Source: Raja brachyura
Lineage: Eukaryota
NCBI GenBank assembly: GCA_963514005.1
Contig: OY740800.1
Coordinates: forward strand, 41,664,001 to 41,728,000
Length of the DNA: 64,000 bases
Reading direction: 5' to 3'
Shown: positions 1 to 11,399 of the stretch, one piece after another
How positions within the stretch are numbered: position 1 is the first letter of the stretch
Layout: the number at the start of each line of letters is the position of its first letter
Position numbers and translations under genes: made by a program
The notes under the pieces: model-generated
Databases searched by the model: none
The model's input: only the letters and a program-made list of their open reading frames with translations
What the model was told of the DNA's origin: nothing

Positions 1-790
1 AGACCACAAATAGCACTCACACTTTGAACTATCAAGTGCTGGAGCAGGGGAAATAGAGCACTTTTATTGCATGTGAGGGATATTTATATCTGTTTATAAA
101 CAGGCCATTATAATCTGATTCTAAGATATACATTTTGAGGTATACCAGGCAGATACCAATGTTTCATGACAAAAAGATTTGTGGAGAATCAAAGTTAAGG
201 GAAGAAATGGTTAACTTGAAATCCTGCTTCATTTACAATGTCCCTAGAAGATGAGGATTTTGGCACAATGCAGAGTACTCCAAGTGCAGCCAAGAAAGAC
301 AAGAACAAAATAAGCCCAATCATGCCAAAACACAGGCTCTGTAAAGTTTAACAGAATATTTTTCTATTTTCTGGCCAACTGTCTCTCCTCCCTTCCTGAA
401 GGTGTTCATTCTTGCAGGGTTACATTTCAATGGATATTGGGAGTCCTCCAATCGCTCGCTCAAGTGGTCATTATTCATGTATGTGCAGTGGATAAACATA
501 GGCAAGCCTAAACCTGTCCCCAGTAAATCAACTAAAGTAACAACGTAGCTCCATAACTCAGTACCACTCTATAACCAATAATATGGAAATATAAATAAAT
601 AAGCAGCACAACGAATGAGGAGGATGGTGAACCAAAGAGAGTGAATTACAAGTTAAGGAAAGACTTAACTTGTAAAGCGAGGCAGGGAAGGAAAATTACA
701 TTCTAAAATTGACATTTAAAAATCTCTGACGACAAATAAATAAATGAGGCCAAATGTGTAGTAGTTAATTTTCAGTGCCAAGGATATGAC

Positions 791-809
791 ATATATATAT
801 ATATATATA
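791..809. repeat. (AT)n microsatellite
   Basis: atatatatatatatatata. Confidence 0.9.
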
Positions 810-924
810 GCAAACATACCACAATCTTGCGCAATTCAATGCATTTAATGTAACCCTAGGACAAATGTTTCCAGCAGTAACTGGGGATTTCAACATGAAT
901 TACAGCCTCACCTGCATAAAATAT

Positions 925-1430
925 ACAGCCCAGGAACATGCTCTTCGGCCCAGGACGTCTGTGCTGCAAATTAGATGATGCCAAATTAAAGTAATCCCTT
1001 CTGCCTGCAAATGATCTATATCCCTCCCTTGATACGCCTACTTAAAAGACACGAATCCCACTCACCCATCTGTTTCCACCATCACCCTAGCAACAAGTTC
1101 CTTGCATCTATGACTCTGTAAAAGGAGTGATAACCTCAAATATCTCCTTCAAATTTTCCACTTGCACTTTGTGTTTTGGCAAGACTGGGCTTATGCCCTC
1201 TAGTCTTTGACGTTTCCATCCTGGGGAGAAAAAAATTCTGATTGTCTACCTTCTCTTTGCCTGGTAATTTTATCACCTTCTATCAGGTTTCCATTTCTGC
1301 CTCTGATGTCCAGGGGAATCAATCCATGTTTGTCCAACTTCTCCTCATAGCTAATGCTCTCCAATCCAGGCAGCATCGTGGTAAATCTCATTTGAACGTT
1401 TTCCAAAGCCTCCACGCTATTTCTGATCAT
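925..1430 (-). mobile_element. CR1-type LINE 3' fragment (degenerate)
   Basis: ORF 1200..1430(-) VEALENVQMRFTTMLPGLESISYEEKL is the CR1 ORF2 C-terminal motif; the typical 3' UTR follows in reverse orientation. Confidence 0.8.
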
Positions 1431-2556
1431 TTGATTTGCCCAGTCGATATGTAGATCAAAGTCCCTATGCTTACTGTATTACCCTTGTTACATTTCACCT
1501 TTTTTTCCTTATTTCTACTATACTGTGCAGTACCATGATTATTTGGGACCTACACACAATTCAAATCGATGTTGTCTACCCCTTGCTGTGATTTTTCTGC
1601 CCCTTGCAGTTTCTGAGTTCCAGCCAAACTGATTCTATTTCTTGATTTTCTGAGCTCAGATCTTTCCACTCGTTAGTCTTTAATTTATATTTCAACAGCA
1701 CCACCTGCCTGCCCCCTATACCGTTTCCCCCATCTCCCCTAAAGTACCCTGGAATATTTAATTAACTTTGCAATCACATCTCTGCACAGACTATTACATC
1801 ACATATAATTAATTCCATCTGTCAGTAATTCACTCATCTTGCTATGAATGATGTATGCATTCAATTTTAACTCTTTACATTTTTTTTCCAAACTTTGAAT
1901 CTAATTGAAAGAATACTCATGTGTTTGAATGCACTGCCCTTTCCTGATAGTCTCTGGTTATCATTGTCCAATTTGCTCCATAGACACTTCTGAAATTTCC
2001 CCTATCCAGTACTCTCACCTCAGTATTTACAGCCCTTGCTATTCAGTTCACCGGAATGCTGGCTCCAACTTAATTAAACCTCTTCCTAACATAGTCTGTC
2101 CCCAATACTCATGCACTGTACACTGCTCATGTATACTCATGAACTGAAACCATTTCTCCCAAACAAATCTTCGTATCACTTATTCAGTTCTCTGGAGAAG
2201 CCAATTTGCATCTTGCCTAGATAATAATCAATAGAATTTGGCCGGTGCGGTTCTGCATTTTAATTTGGACCCCAACTGTATTGACAGCTTCAGAATATGC
2301 TTCTTTGTTCTATCCACATCACTACAGCCCACATGCAGGATGACAAATGGAATATGACAAATTCCTGGTCCATTCCCCTGCAATTCCAAGACTGTATCCA
2401 CAGGTCTGGTTCCAGATAGGCAAGGAGTCACACATGCAGCTGCAGGGAACAGTATGCATCACCCTACCTATACCCTCCAACCCACCACTATATTCCTTTT
2501 CACTCCCCCAGCATGAATGCACCCTTATACCAAATAGCTATGGCTAGTTATTCATT

Positions 2557-2629
2557 CACTCTACAGCTTCTGCTCTTGTTAACCATATAACCATATAACA
2601 TATAACACTCTACAGCTTCTGCTCTTGTT
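2557..2629 (-). mobile_element. Tail-only CR1 insertion (25 bp) flanked by a perfect 24-bp direct repeat
   Basis: cactctacagcttctgctcttgtt at 2557-2580 and 2606-2629; the insert aaccatataaccatataacatataa is the reverse complement of the (TTATATGG)-type CR1 tail seen at ~48115-48137. Confidence 0.7.
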
Positions 2630-2873
2630 CACTTGGAGCGTAGTACTTTTGGACAAGTTCAAGGGCTGAAGCTCCTGTTACACCGTCTTCTCGATCCACA
2701 TACATGTCTCATTTGTTGTCATATCAATAAATATTTGATATGCAATAGAATTTATAGCCCACCCAGTCCTGATAATGCTAGATTAGAACCATGGGTACTA
2801 TTTTTATTATAAATTTACACTTTGGATTTTAATGATGCTGGCAGGTCCATCTTTATTGCCCATCCTCTATTTC

Positions 2874-4938
2874 TTTTTTTTTAAAGTATTTTTATTAGAA
2901 GCAACGCATATTGTCTAAAGTATAACAATTCTTCAAATACAAATTTAACTTGTTACAAAAATTATACAGATGTTACAGAATCATTTATGTATGCTTTGTT
3001 TTTTTTGGAAAGTAAAGAAGTAAAAGTATAGATCTATAATCAATAGAGATGGTGATTAAATAATAATGATTATGATTATATAAGGAAGATAAAAAAATAA
3101 AAAATAAATTAAAAAAAAAATAAAATAAATAAAAATAAACAAATAAGAAAAAAAACCCCAATTATTATATAATTAAAAAAGTATACATCTTAACAATGAA
3201 TGGAGCAATTTCACATAACAATATCTATAGAGACGTGTATACAAATACCAGAATACATCTTTTCATCTAATCCTACACCAGGGTACTTATTGAGTTACAA
3301 TGCTGAGCTCAGCTACCCCTTTAAATAATCAATGAATGGAGACCATATTTGTTCAAAAAGTTCGTATTTGTCCATTAGGACAAACCTAATTCTCTCCAAA
3401 TGCAACGTCTCCGACATTTCCACAGTCCACATTTTGATTGTGGGGGATAATGTTCCCTTCCAGAATTTTAATATTATTTTTTTTCCAATTATCAAACAGT
3501 AATCAAGAAAATTTCTTTGACTTACTGTTAATATTAAGCTTGAATCAGGAACTCCTAATATTATTAGCTTTAGATCGGGGTCCAATTTAGTTTTAAGAAC
3601 TTCAGAAATGATTCTAAAAATATCAGCCCAATAACTATTAAGTTTTATGCATGTTACAAAACTATGCGTTAAGTTAGCTTCTAAATTCTGACATTTATCG
3701 CAAATAGAAAAAATGTTAGGAAAAATTCTATTTAATTTCGTTTTTGAGTAGTGTAATCTATGTAATACTTTAAATTGTATCAAGGTATGTCTGGCATTTA
3801 ATGAGCAACGGTGTATACGTTGTAAACTTTCTTCCCAAGTGTCTTTCATTATAGATAGACCTATTTCATTTTCCCATATCTGTCGGTATGATTCTGTTGT
3901 TGGGACTTCCCTATCCAAAAGAGTATTATATATGTACGCTATTAGTTTTTCTGTATTTGGATGCTTGTTAAGCCATTCATCCAGGAATCCTGGTTCTCTA
4001 TTCTTATAGTCTTGCATGTTTGACTTGATATAGTCTCGAATTTGTAAATACCTAAACAAGTTATTTGGGTGCAATCCATAGATATCTTTTAACTTTTGAA
4101 ATGAGAGAAATTTTCCTTTCCTGTAAAGGTGTTCTATCCTTATAATTCCTAATTTTTTCCAGTGTCTAAACCCCTTAACCAATATAGAAGGTTTAAATAA
4201 GGGATTATTCATAATTGGTAAACAAAGTGACATATTATCCAAATGTAAAGTCTTAACTATTTGTTTCCAAATATGTCTATTGCTATGAATTATAGGGTTT
4301 TCCCCGTAAGTTTTTTTTTGTATTTCACTTGGAGCAAAAAGAATCGAACTTATTTCAAACGGTAAACAGTCTTCCTTTTCCATCTTTAGCCAAGCTGGTT
4401 CCTGATCCATTTTTACCAACCAAAAATTCATATTCTTAATCTGAACCGCCCAAAATAATATTAAAAATTAGGTAACGCTAATCCTCCATTTATCTTGGAT
4501 TTACATCAGTGTTTTTTACTTATTCTGTGATTTTTATAATCCCAAATAAAGCTGTTAACAATAGAATCGATTTTAAAAAAAAGTTTTAGGGAGGTATAAA
4601 TGGATAGCTTGAAATAAATATAATAATTGTGGTAAAAATATCATTTTTATAGCATTTATTCTGCCAATCATTGATATTGGTAGTGTTTTCCAGTATAGAA
4701 TATTCTTTTTTACTTTATTCAATAACAGAGGATAATTTGACTTGAATAAAAAAAATTATAAGATTTGGATACATTAATTCCTAGATATTTAAATTTGTCC
4801 GTAACTATTTTAAATGGGAATTGTCATAATATATTTGATTTTATTCCTGTTATAGGTATAATTTCACTTTTATTCCAATTAATTTTATATCCTGAAAATG
4901 TACCAAACTTAGTTATAACGTTAAGTAGATTAGGAATA
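2874..4938 (-). mobile_element. 5'-truncated L1-clade LINE with poly(A) tail and 14-bp TSD
   Basis: poly(T) at 2874-2882 and tttatt (AATAAA on minus) just inside; TSD ccatcctctatttc at 2860-2873 and 4939-4952; ORF2 remnant inside. Confidence 0.92.
3313..4938 (-). pseudogene. L1 ORF2 C-terminal part (end of RT and cysteine-rich domain), frameshifted upstream of 4431
   Basis: 372-aa ORF with FRYLQIRDY, QFKVLHRLHYS and CDKC..EANLTHSFVTC (L1 CCHC region); upstream frames give FGTFSGYKINWNKSEI and GGLALPN. Confidence 0.9.
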
Positions 4939-6423
4939 CCATCCTCTATTTCCCTGGGAAGGTAGATGTGGTAGAGATTGTGTATTTTGCAACCATAGTT
5001 TCTTAGTAGCAGTTATTACTCATGGGAAGAACAAAAAATTGCGCATTGCGATTTGTGTAATCTAAACTGTTACTGCTAGAGGGACTAAGTGGGATATTGC
5101 TTTCAGATTTTTATTGGACTTTTTATAACAAACTACAAGTTAATGCTGTCGATTTTACGAGCATACTACAGACAAATTAAATAAAAAGGCTGGAATGCCA
5201 TATAATTAATATGCTAATAAGCTGTTTCCCAATACACAAATAATAATTTACTAGTTTTCTAGAAAAACCAACATATTGGAAACTTGTAGATAACATTTTC
5301 TGGCCTCCTAGTAAAAGAGGTACAGACAGTAACTAGAATGCAGGTGAGATAAACCAGATTTAGTCAGAACAACATTATTATGGAAAAACATCAATACATA
5401 TTCTGGATTATTAAGGCTATTTTCCAGCATTCCCAAAGGTCATTACAGCACTATAATCGAAACAGATAAATCTGCACAAGTGGACTCTTACAAACAAGAC
5501 ATACAGCCTACTCATAGAAGTGATCTCATTGTAACTTGTGTGGTATTTATGGTAGTTCTTTATTTGTAAGAGGATTTTTGTGCAACTTATTTACTCCAAA
5601 AGACCAAACATAATTTGTGAAAACATCTTCAAGTGCTGGAAATTTGTATAATATAAAGCACTTTTAAACTTTTGGTGAAAATTTTTAAAATCTACTTAAA
5701 CTAACTTTAAACATAAATACACCAACATCATTATCTTGAATTAAAAAAATCTTTATAACAATGAAACATTCACTTATCATTTACTGATAATTTTGTTTTG
5801 CTCAAAACAAGGAGCCAGTTTTGATTTAAAGTAATTATTGACATTGATGGCTGATTTGCCATCAATCCTAAGCATAAGAATGAGGTCCAGAATAATATTC
5901 ATCCGATAGAGATAATAACCAAATCAAAGATTATTGATGAATTAATAAATACTTACATGCAATGTATTTATTTAAATATATCAGAAAGGTGCAAAGTTAA
6001 TATTTGGATTGATGCAATTTGTAACTTTCAATACTGTTGTAATGGTGAACCACTTGGACGAGAACGTTGCCAGTTTCAAGCTGTGCCAATTAATCTCAGC
6101 TGGTTTAGCATTAATGGTGCTGCAGGTTAACATATAAACATAGGCTAACCACTATCTAATGAACTCTACTTTTAAAAAAAGATTGCATGTCTCGACAAAA
6201 TTACGACTGAAACAGTATTCATGTTTGAGTTGCCATCTGATATGTGATGTATTACTACATATGATCATTTGTGAAGTATGATAGAAATACCTGTGGCTCC
6301 AGACCCGTACCACGCCTCAAAATTAGTGCTTTCGGGAAGAATTTGATGGCTATTGGGAAGTTTTGCAATGAGCACTTGAATAAAAGGCAAGCTTGCCTTT
6401 AGATGGTAACTTTAACGTTAGGC

Positions 6424-6654
6424 CAGGTGGTCCCAACCTTTCTCGTCCCGTTTACCCCTGGCAACTTTAATAGCACATGACAATGTTAGTTCACTTATTT
6501 ATGTACAGATAAGATACAGATACCAGTATACCAGAACCAAACAAAGTTAATCAATGAGAAAAAATATGTACAAATCCTGAATCAACAAATTTATCCCCTG
6601 GGTAGGCGAAATTTACCTCCTGGGAGTAAATTTACCCCAGGTTGGGAATCCTTG
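6424..6654. mobile_element. hAT/Charlie-like non-autonomous DNA transposon (MITE)
   Basis: Imperfect TIRs CAGGTGGTCCCAACC / GGTTGGGAATCCTTG; subterminal AAATTTACCCC-like repeats; degenerate flanks cgttaggc / tgttcagg. Confidence 0.75.
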
Positions 6655-6836
6655 TGTTCAGGTATCTTAAAGTACATAACTGGTAGTTTTGTGGTTACCA
6701 TTACTTGATGTCAACCAGGGATAATTCTTATTGAATTTATGTTTGGCAGCTGCTATGATGAGATTTTAACATGTGTCTCGAGATAAACACGGCAGGCTGC
6801 TGTTTTTGGTAGTTTAATGTTATCTTGATCTATAGT

Positions 6837-6977
6837 GTTTCGGGTCGAGACCTTTCCTCAGTCTAAAGAAGGGTCTCGACCCAAAATGTCACCCATTCCT
6901 TCTGTCCTGCTGAGTTACTCCAGCATTTTGTGTCTAGCTTCGATTTAAATCAGGATCTGCAGATCTTTCCTACACAT
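6837..6977 (+). mobile_element. Penelope-derived short element with back-to-back decayed hammerhead motifs
   Basis: gtttcgggtcgagacctttcctcag followed by ctaaagaagggtctcgacccaaaatgtc, then gctgagttactccagca as in the Penelope 3' ends at 32.9 and 38.3 kb. Confidence 0.75.
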
Positions 6978-7356
6978 ATTGAGTATAGAAGTTGGATGGT
7001 CATGTTACAGTTGTACAAAACATTGGTAAGGTCACATATAGAGTACTGTGTTCAGTTTTAGTCACCCTGTTATAGGAAAGATGTTGTTAAGCTGGACAGG
7101 GTGCAAAACAGATTTACGAGGATATTGCCAGGATTCAAGAGCTTTTGGGAGATGTTGAGCAAGCTAGGACTTTGTTTCTTGGAGCGCAAGAGGGTGAGGT
7201 GCACAAGAGGTTATAGAGGTGTATAAGATCATGAGAGGAATAGATAGGGTAAATGCACCGAGTCTTTTACCCAGAGTAGGGGAATCGTGAACCAGAGAAC
7301 ATAGGTTTAGGAGAGGGTGGATAGATTTAATAGGAACCTGAGGGGCAACATTTTTT
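6978..7356 (+). mobile_element. CR1 LINE 3' fragment
   Basis: Encodes degenerate LYKTLVRSHIEYCVQF..RKDVVKLDRVQ. Confidence 0.85.
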
Positions 7357-7619
7357 CATGTTTAGTTTTAAATTGTGGTCAACTGAAGGTTTCTGAATAC
7401 GTCACAAACATACAACATTGGCCTTGTGTTTATTACTGTTTTTTTAATGACTCGCGATTATTAAGGATAGTAAAAATACATTATCTATACCAGTAAAATA
7501 AAAGATCAAGATAGTAGGAGCCAATAAAACATTGCAAAAGCTGCCATTATCTGTTTATCCTTTTATGGAACTTAGTCTTTATTTTGCAGCAAGAGGATTA
7601 TACAAAATACAAATTTACT

Positions 7620-8060
7620 TTTTTCCCCACCTGACCATTAGCAGTTGATCACTATCGGCCTGTGCCCTATCCTTCTCACTATCAGCAGATTTGTCATTCC
7701 ATCTGCATACTTACTCATCATTTCTGCTACATTTTTTAACAAACAGTAGTGGTCCCAGCAGCATTTGAAATAGTAAACCACTGGATGCAGGCTTCAATCA
7801 CTAAAATCAATCCTCGACCATCACCTCCATTATTAAGCCAATTTTGTATCCAAATATTTTGGATTCTAATATTTTGAAACATACTTCCATGTAGGACCTT
7901 GACAAATACCTTATTGAAGTCCATGTAGATTACATCGTACACATTGCCCTCATCAATACATTTTGTTACCTCTTTGTAAAATTCAATAAAGTTGGTCAGA
8001 TAGGATTGCCCCCTAACAAAACGTTTGATTAACCCCTGCCTTTCCAAGCGTAGGCTAATC
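7620..8060 (-). mobile_element. CR1 LINE RT fragment
   Basis: ORF 7736..8047(-) SYLTNFIEFY..DVIYMDFNKVF.KV.H..WIQNWL. Confidence 0.85.
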
Positions 8061-8479
8061 CTGTCCCACAGATTTTTTCCAATAGCTACAGACAGATCAC
8101 AGACCTGTAATTACATGTTTATCCCTGCTCAGGTAATAATGGATAATTTCAGGTCCCCTGCTGTCATAACCTCTCTCACAACTTTTCCATGTCGGTATTA
8201 CTCTGCTGGCATTCAGTTCATCCGTTTTGGACTGTTTCAGCATTGCTCTATAAATGGTGTCAATGAAATCAAAACTTCCCGCACCATCCCCTCAGCCATG
8301 CATTCATCCATTATATCCTCCAATTTTGGTATTTGTTAGCACACAGCACTGGGAGTAATCCTGAGACTGTAACCTCAAGAATGGTAATGGAATGTAATCC
8401 TAATAAATGTAAGGTAATGCACTTTGCAAGGAATAATATGGGTATGACACACATCATGAATAATGGGGGCATCAAATGG

Positions 8480-9305
8480 AGCTAGAGGGGCTCTGCATCT
8501 GTAGAGGGAGATGGATATTCACCATTTCAGTTCATGACCCTATATCTGAGCTGAAAGAGTGGAGGGGAGATAGGCAGTGTAAAGAGGTGCAGGGTAGGAC
8601 AAGAATAAGCAAGCAATCAGTGGATACAGATGAGAAGGGGTTGATTGGCGGATGGAGTCAGCAAAAGGGGCCGAGAGGTCAATAGGTGGAGGCAACAAAG
8701 ACAGGTGGGGCGGCAGATGATGAAATCTGATAGTAAAGGAAGGTATGGATCCAAATGATGGAGGCAAGACAGATGGAAACTATGGATTGGAGAAGGGGAG
8801 GAGGGCTGATGGGATCCAGTGAGAGGAGTGTGTGGGTGATGGAAAGATGAAATTGATGGGAGAGGGGAAAGAAATGGGTCTTGGGGGCTGGGATTGAAAA
8901 GGAGAAAGTGCATGTGAAACAACCTAGGGAGAATGAGATCGGGACAGAGGGGAAGCAAGTTACCTGAAATTGGAGAATTCAATATTCATGCCGTCAGGTT
9001 GTAGACTAGCCAGGTAGAATACGAGGTGCTGTTCCTCTTGTTTGCATATGGCCTCAATTTGCAGTGAAGGAGGATGGGGAAGGTTGGTGTGGGAAAGGGA
9101 ACTGCAATTAAAATAGCTTGCGGCTGGGCGCACTAGAAGGCCATGGTGGGCAGAAAGCAGGTGCTCTGCAAAGTTGTCTCCCTGCTGCAGAGGATGCCAC
9201 ATCAAGAGCACTGAATGCAATAGACAAAGATGGAGGTGGTGCAAGTGATTCCCTACCTCACCGGGAAGGGTAGTTTAGGCCCCCAAATGACAGCAAGGGA
9301 GGTCT
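8480..9305 (-). mobile_element. Old Penelope-like element 3' part (GIY-YIG remnant)
   Basis: ORF 8960..9244(-) GDNFAEHL..EEQHLVFYLASLQPDGMNIEFSNF, homologous to the 38.5 kb copy. Confidence 0.8.
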
Positions 9306-9548
9306 TTTTTGGTTTAAGATCTACAATTAATTATTTTAACCATCACTGTATCCCCAGGACTGTGCACCCAACTGGCAGAGCATCCTGTGAAACATTGCCT
9401 TGAAACAAGCAGGTGAAGAGATTACACCCCCTATTAACACAGTTTGTTAATTAACATACAATGCATCCTCTCTGTACTCATGAAATTTGCCTTGAAAACT
9501 TACTAAACACTGAAACAAAAGCAAATAATGATACTTAAGTAATCATAC

Positions 9549-9626
9549 CTTGAATTATGAATGCATTTTGGACACAGATGCAATAGAACTATCAAATCAG
9601 AGTAACTTGCCCATTTGTGTTCCCTC
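9549..9626 (-). other. Candidate internal exon (78 nt)
   Basis: On minus: TACTAAT branch point, ttgtcttctgtctacAG acceptor and AAG|GTATGA donor; one open frame REHKWASYSDLIVLLHLCPKCIHNS that I do not recognise. Confidence 0.5.
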
Positions 9627-10752
9627 CTGTAGACAGAAGACAAATTGCAAAATTAGTAAGGAATTTAAATATTTGCATAGAGATGATAAAGTTATTTAAT
9701 CATTTAATTTGTTTTTTAGTTCTTCGAGTTTCAGCACTGTCTTTCTTCCAAAACATTTATTTGGCTTCTGTCCCTTCTTTGCACTTTCTTTTTAGCTGTA
9801 ACAAGTTGCATGCTACACAGCCTGTCTGAGGCGATCTCGTCAATGTTATTCCTTCCTGCACAGTGCACTGTACCTCTAACAAGGCATTGATGCAAGATGC
9901 TATATTAAATGACAAGTCCTCCTTTTCACCATAATCTGAAAATAGGGGGAAATGCTGTGAAAACAGAATAACCTCCTCATAAAATAAAGTTATGCCCTTA
10001 TGAACATACAGTTTTGTTAGGGGAAAGAGTAACTTCTCTGTCTGGGATGGACTAAAGCACTGAACCACAAAAATATTAGTAGACCAAGCAAATGGGCAAA
10101 CTGTGGCAATAGATTTTCAACATATACATATGTAGAATGGAGTATTTTCAAAACCAGGAAAAAAAGTTAGAAGGTTTCAAAGGTTGTTTTATTGTCATAT
10201 GTACCAATTAAGGTACAGTGATATGCAAATTACCTTATAGCCATACGGGGAAAAAAGCAACACAAAACAACAAAGCGGAAGCCGATGGTCCAAAGAAAGT
10301 GAGGTTCACAGAGACAGATCATTAAACTATTATTGGTAGATCAAAACAAAAATGGCCAATGGAAAGGTAGCCACCACATTGAGAGGACTCGAGTACAACT
10401 GGTTACAAGTTATATAACAGTAGTACAAGTTATAATTAAAACCCATTCAGAATACAGAGCAGTTCTGGGTGGCATATCTAAGGAATGATACACAGGCTTG
10501 GAGGAAACAGGATAGATATCTCAGTAACCAGAGATTGCACCGAAGGTTGAGATGATCTGGTTCAAATTTTCAAGAGATGTCATCATGCCCTTCTACAACA
10601 TAGACAGCCTTCCTTTGGCGCTCTAAGCATTTCCTCACTCATTTCCCTGTAATCTGCCCTCTTTCACGTTACCCATAACTCCATGATTTTGGTCCTGCTC
10701 ACCTCCACTAGAGGTTATTTAAACTAGCCATTAATCTACCAATCAATACGTT

Positions 10753-10965
10753 AGAAACAAGGAACTGCAGATGCTGGTTAAGGACGCAAAGTGCTCGAGT
10801 AATTCAGGGGTTCAGGCAACATCTACGGAAAACATGGATAGATGACGTTTTGGGTCGGGACGTCTGAAGAAGTATCTCGAACAGGAACATCACCTCTCCC
10901 CGTTCTACAGAGGATGCTGCCTGAATCCCTGGGTTGCCACAGCACTCTGTGTCCTTTCGTGTAAA
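10753..10965. mobile_element. Palindromic Penelope-derived element (diverged)
   Basis: ggaactgcagatgctgg..gacgttttgggtcggg | ctgaagaag..gatgctgcctga: inverted arms. Confidence 0.7.
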
Positions 10966-11278
10966 CCTATCAATCAACATGCCTTGGGGAAATTTATAAT
11001 TAGAACAACGTCAGTCAAAAGCAAAGTTAAGAAATTAAACGGTGACAAAAATGTGGAAGTCTGTTCCAGGTTAGCTGTTGATTTTAAACCTAAGATTGTT
11101 TAGTAACATTTTAAGGTATAAAAAGAAATGTAGGAAAAATTGAGCTAAACTCACTGAATGGTAAAAACAAATCTCGGTTAAATAGCCTCATCCTGTTCCA
11201 TCCTGTAATTCGCGTTCTCATTCTGAAATATTTCTCTTATTGTTCAGCTAATTTTGAACGTTTACTGGAAATTAACGG

Positions 11279-11380
11279 TAGGTAAACACAAACTGCTGGA
11301 GTAACTCAGCGGGCAGGCAGCATCTCTGGAGAGAAGGAATGGGTGACGTTTCGGGTCGAGACCCTTCTTCAGGCTGATGT
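11279..11380 (-). mobile_element. Penelope-derived short element
   Basis: tgctggagtaactcagcggg..gcagcatctctggagagaaggaatgggtgacgtttcgggtcgagacccttcttcag. Confidence 0.8.
11345..11372 (-). ncRNA. Minimal type-I hammerhead ribozyme core (PLE-associated)
   Basis: Minus strand CUGAAGA-A-GGGU(CUCG)ACCC-GAAA-C-GUC; palindromic ACGU stem III; stem I is only about 2 bp. Confidence 0.6.
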
Positions 11381-11399
11381 AAATGAACGATATTTTTGC

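Noticed and set aside
6091-6103. TAATCTCAGCTGG matches the first 13 nt of miR-216a
   Set aside because: The remaining mature sequence diverges and no pre-miRNA-length hairpin surrounds it
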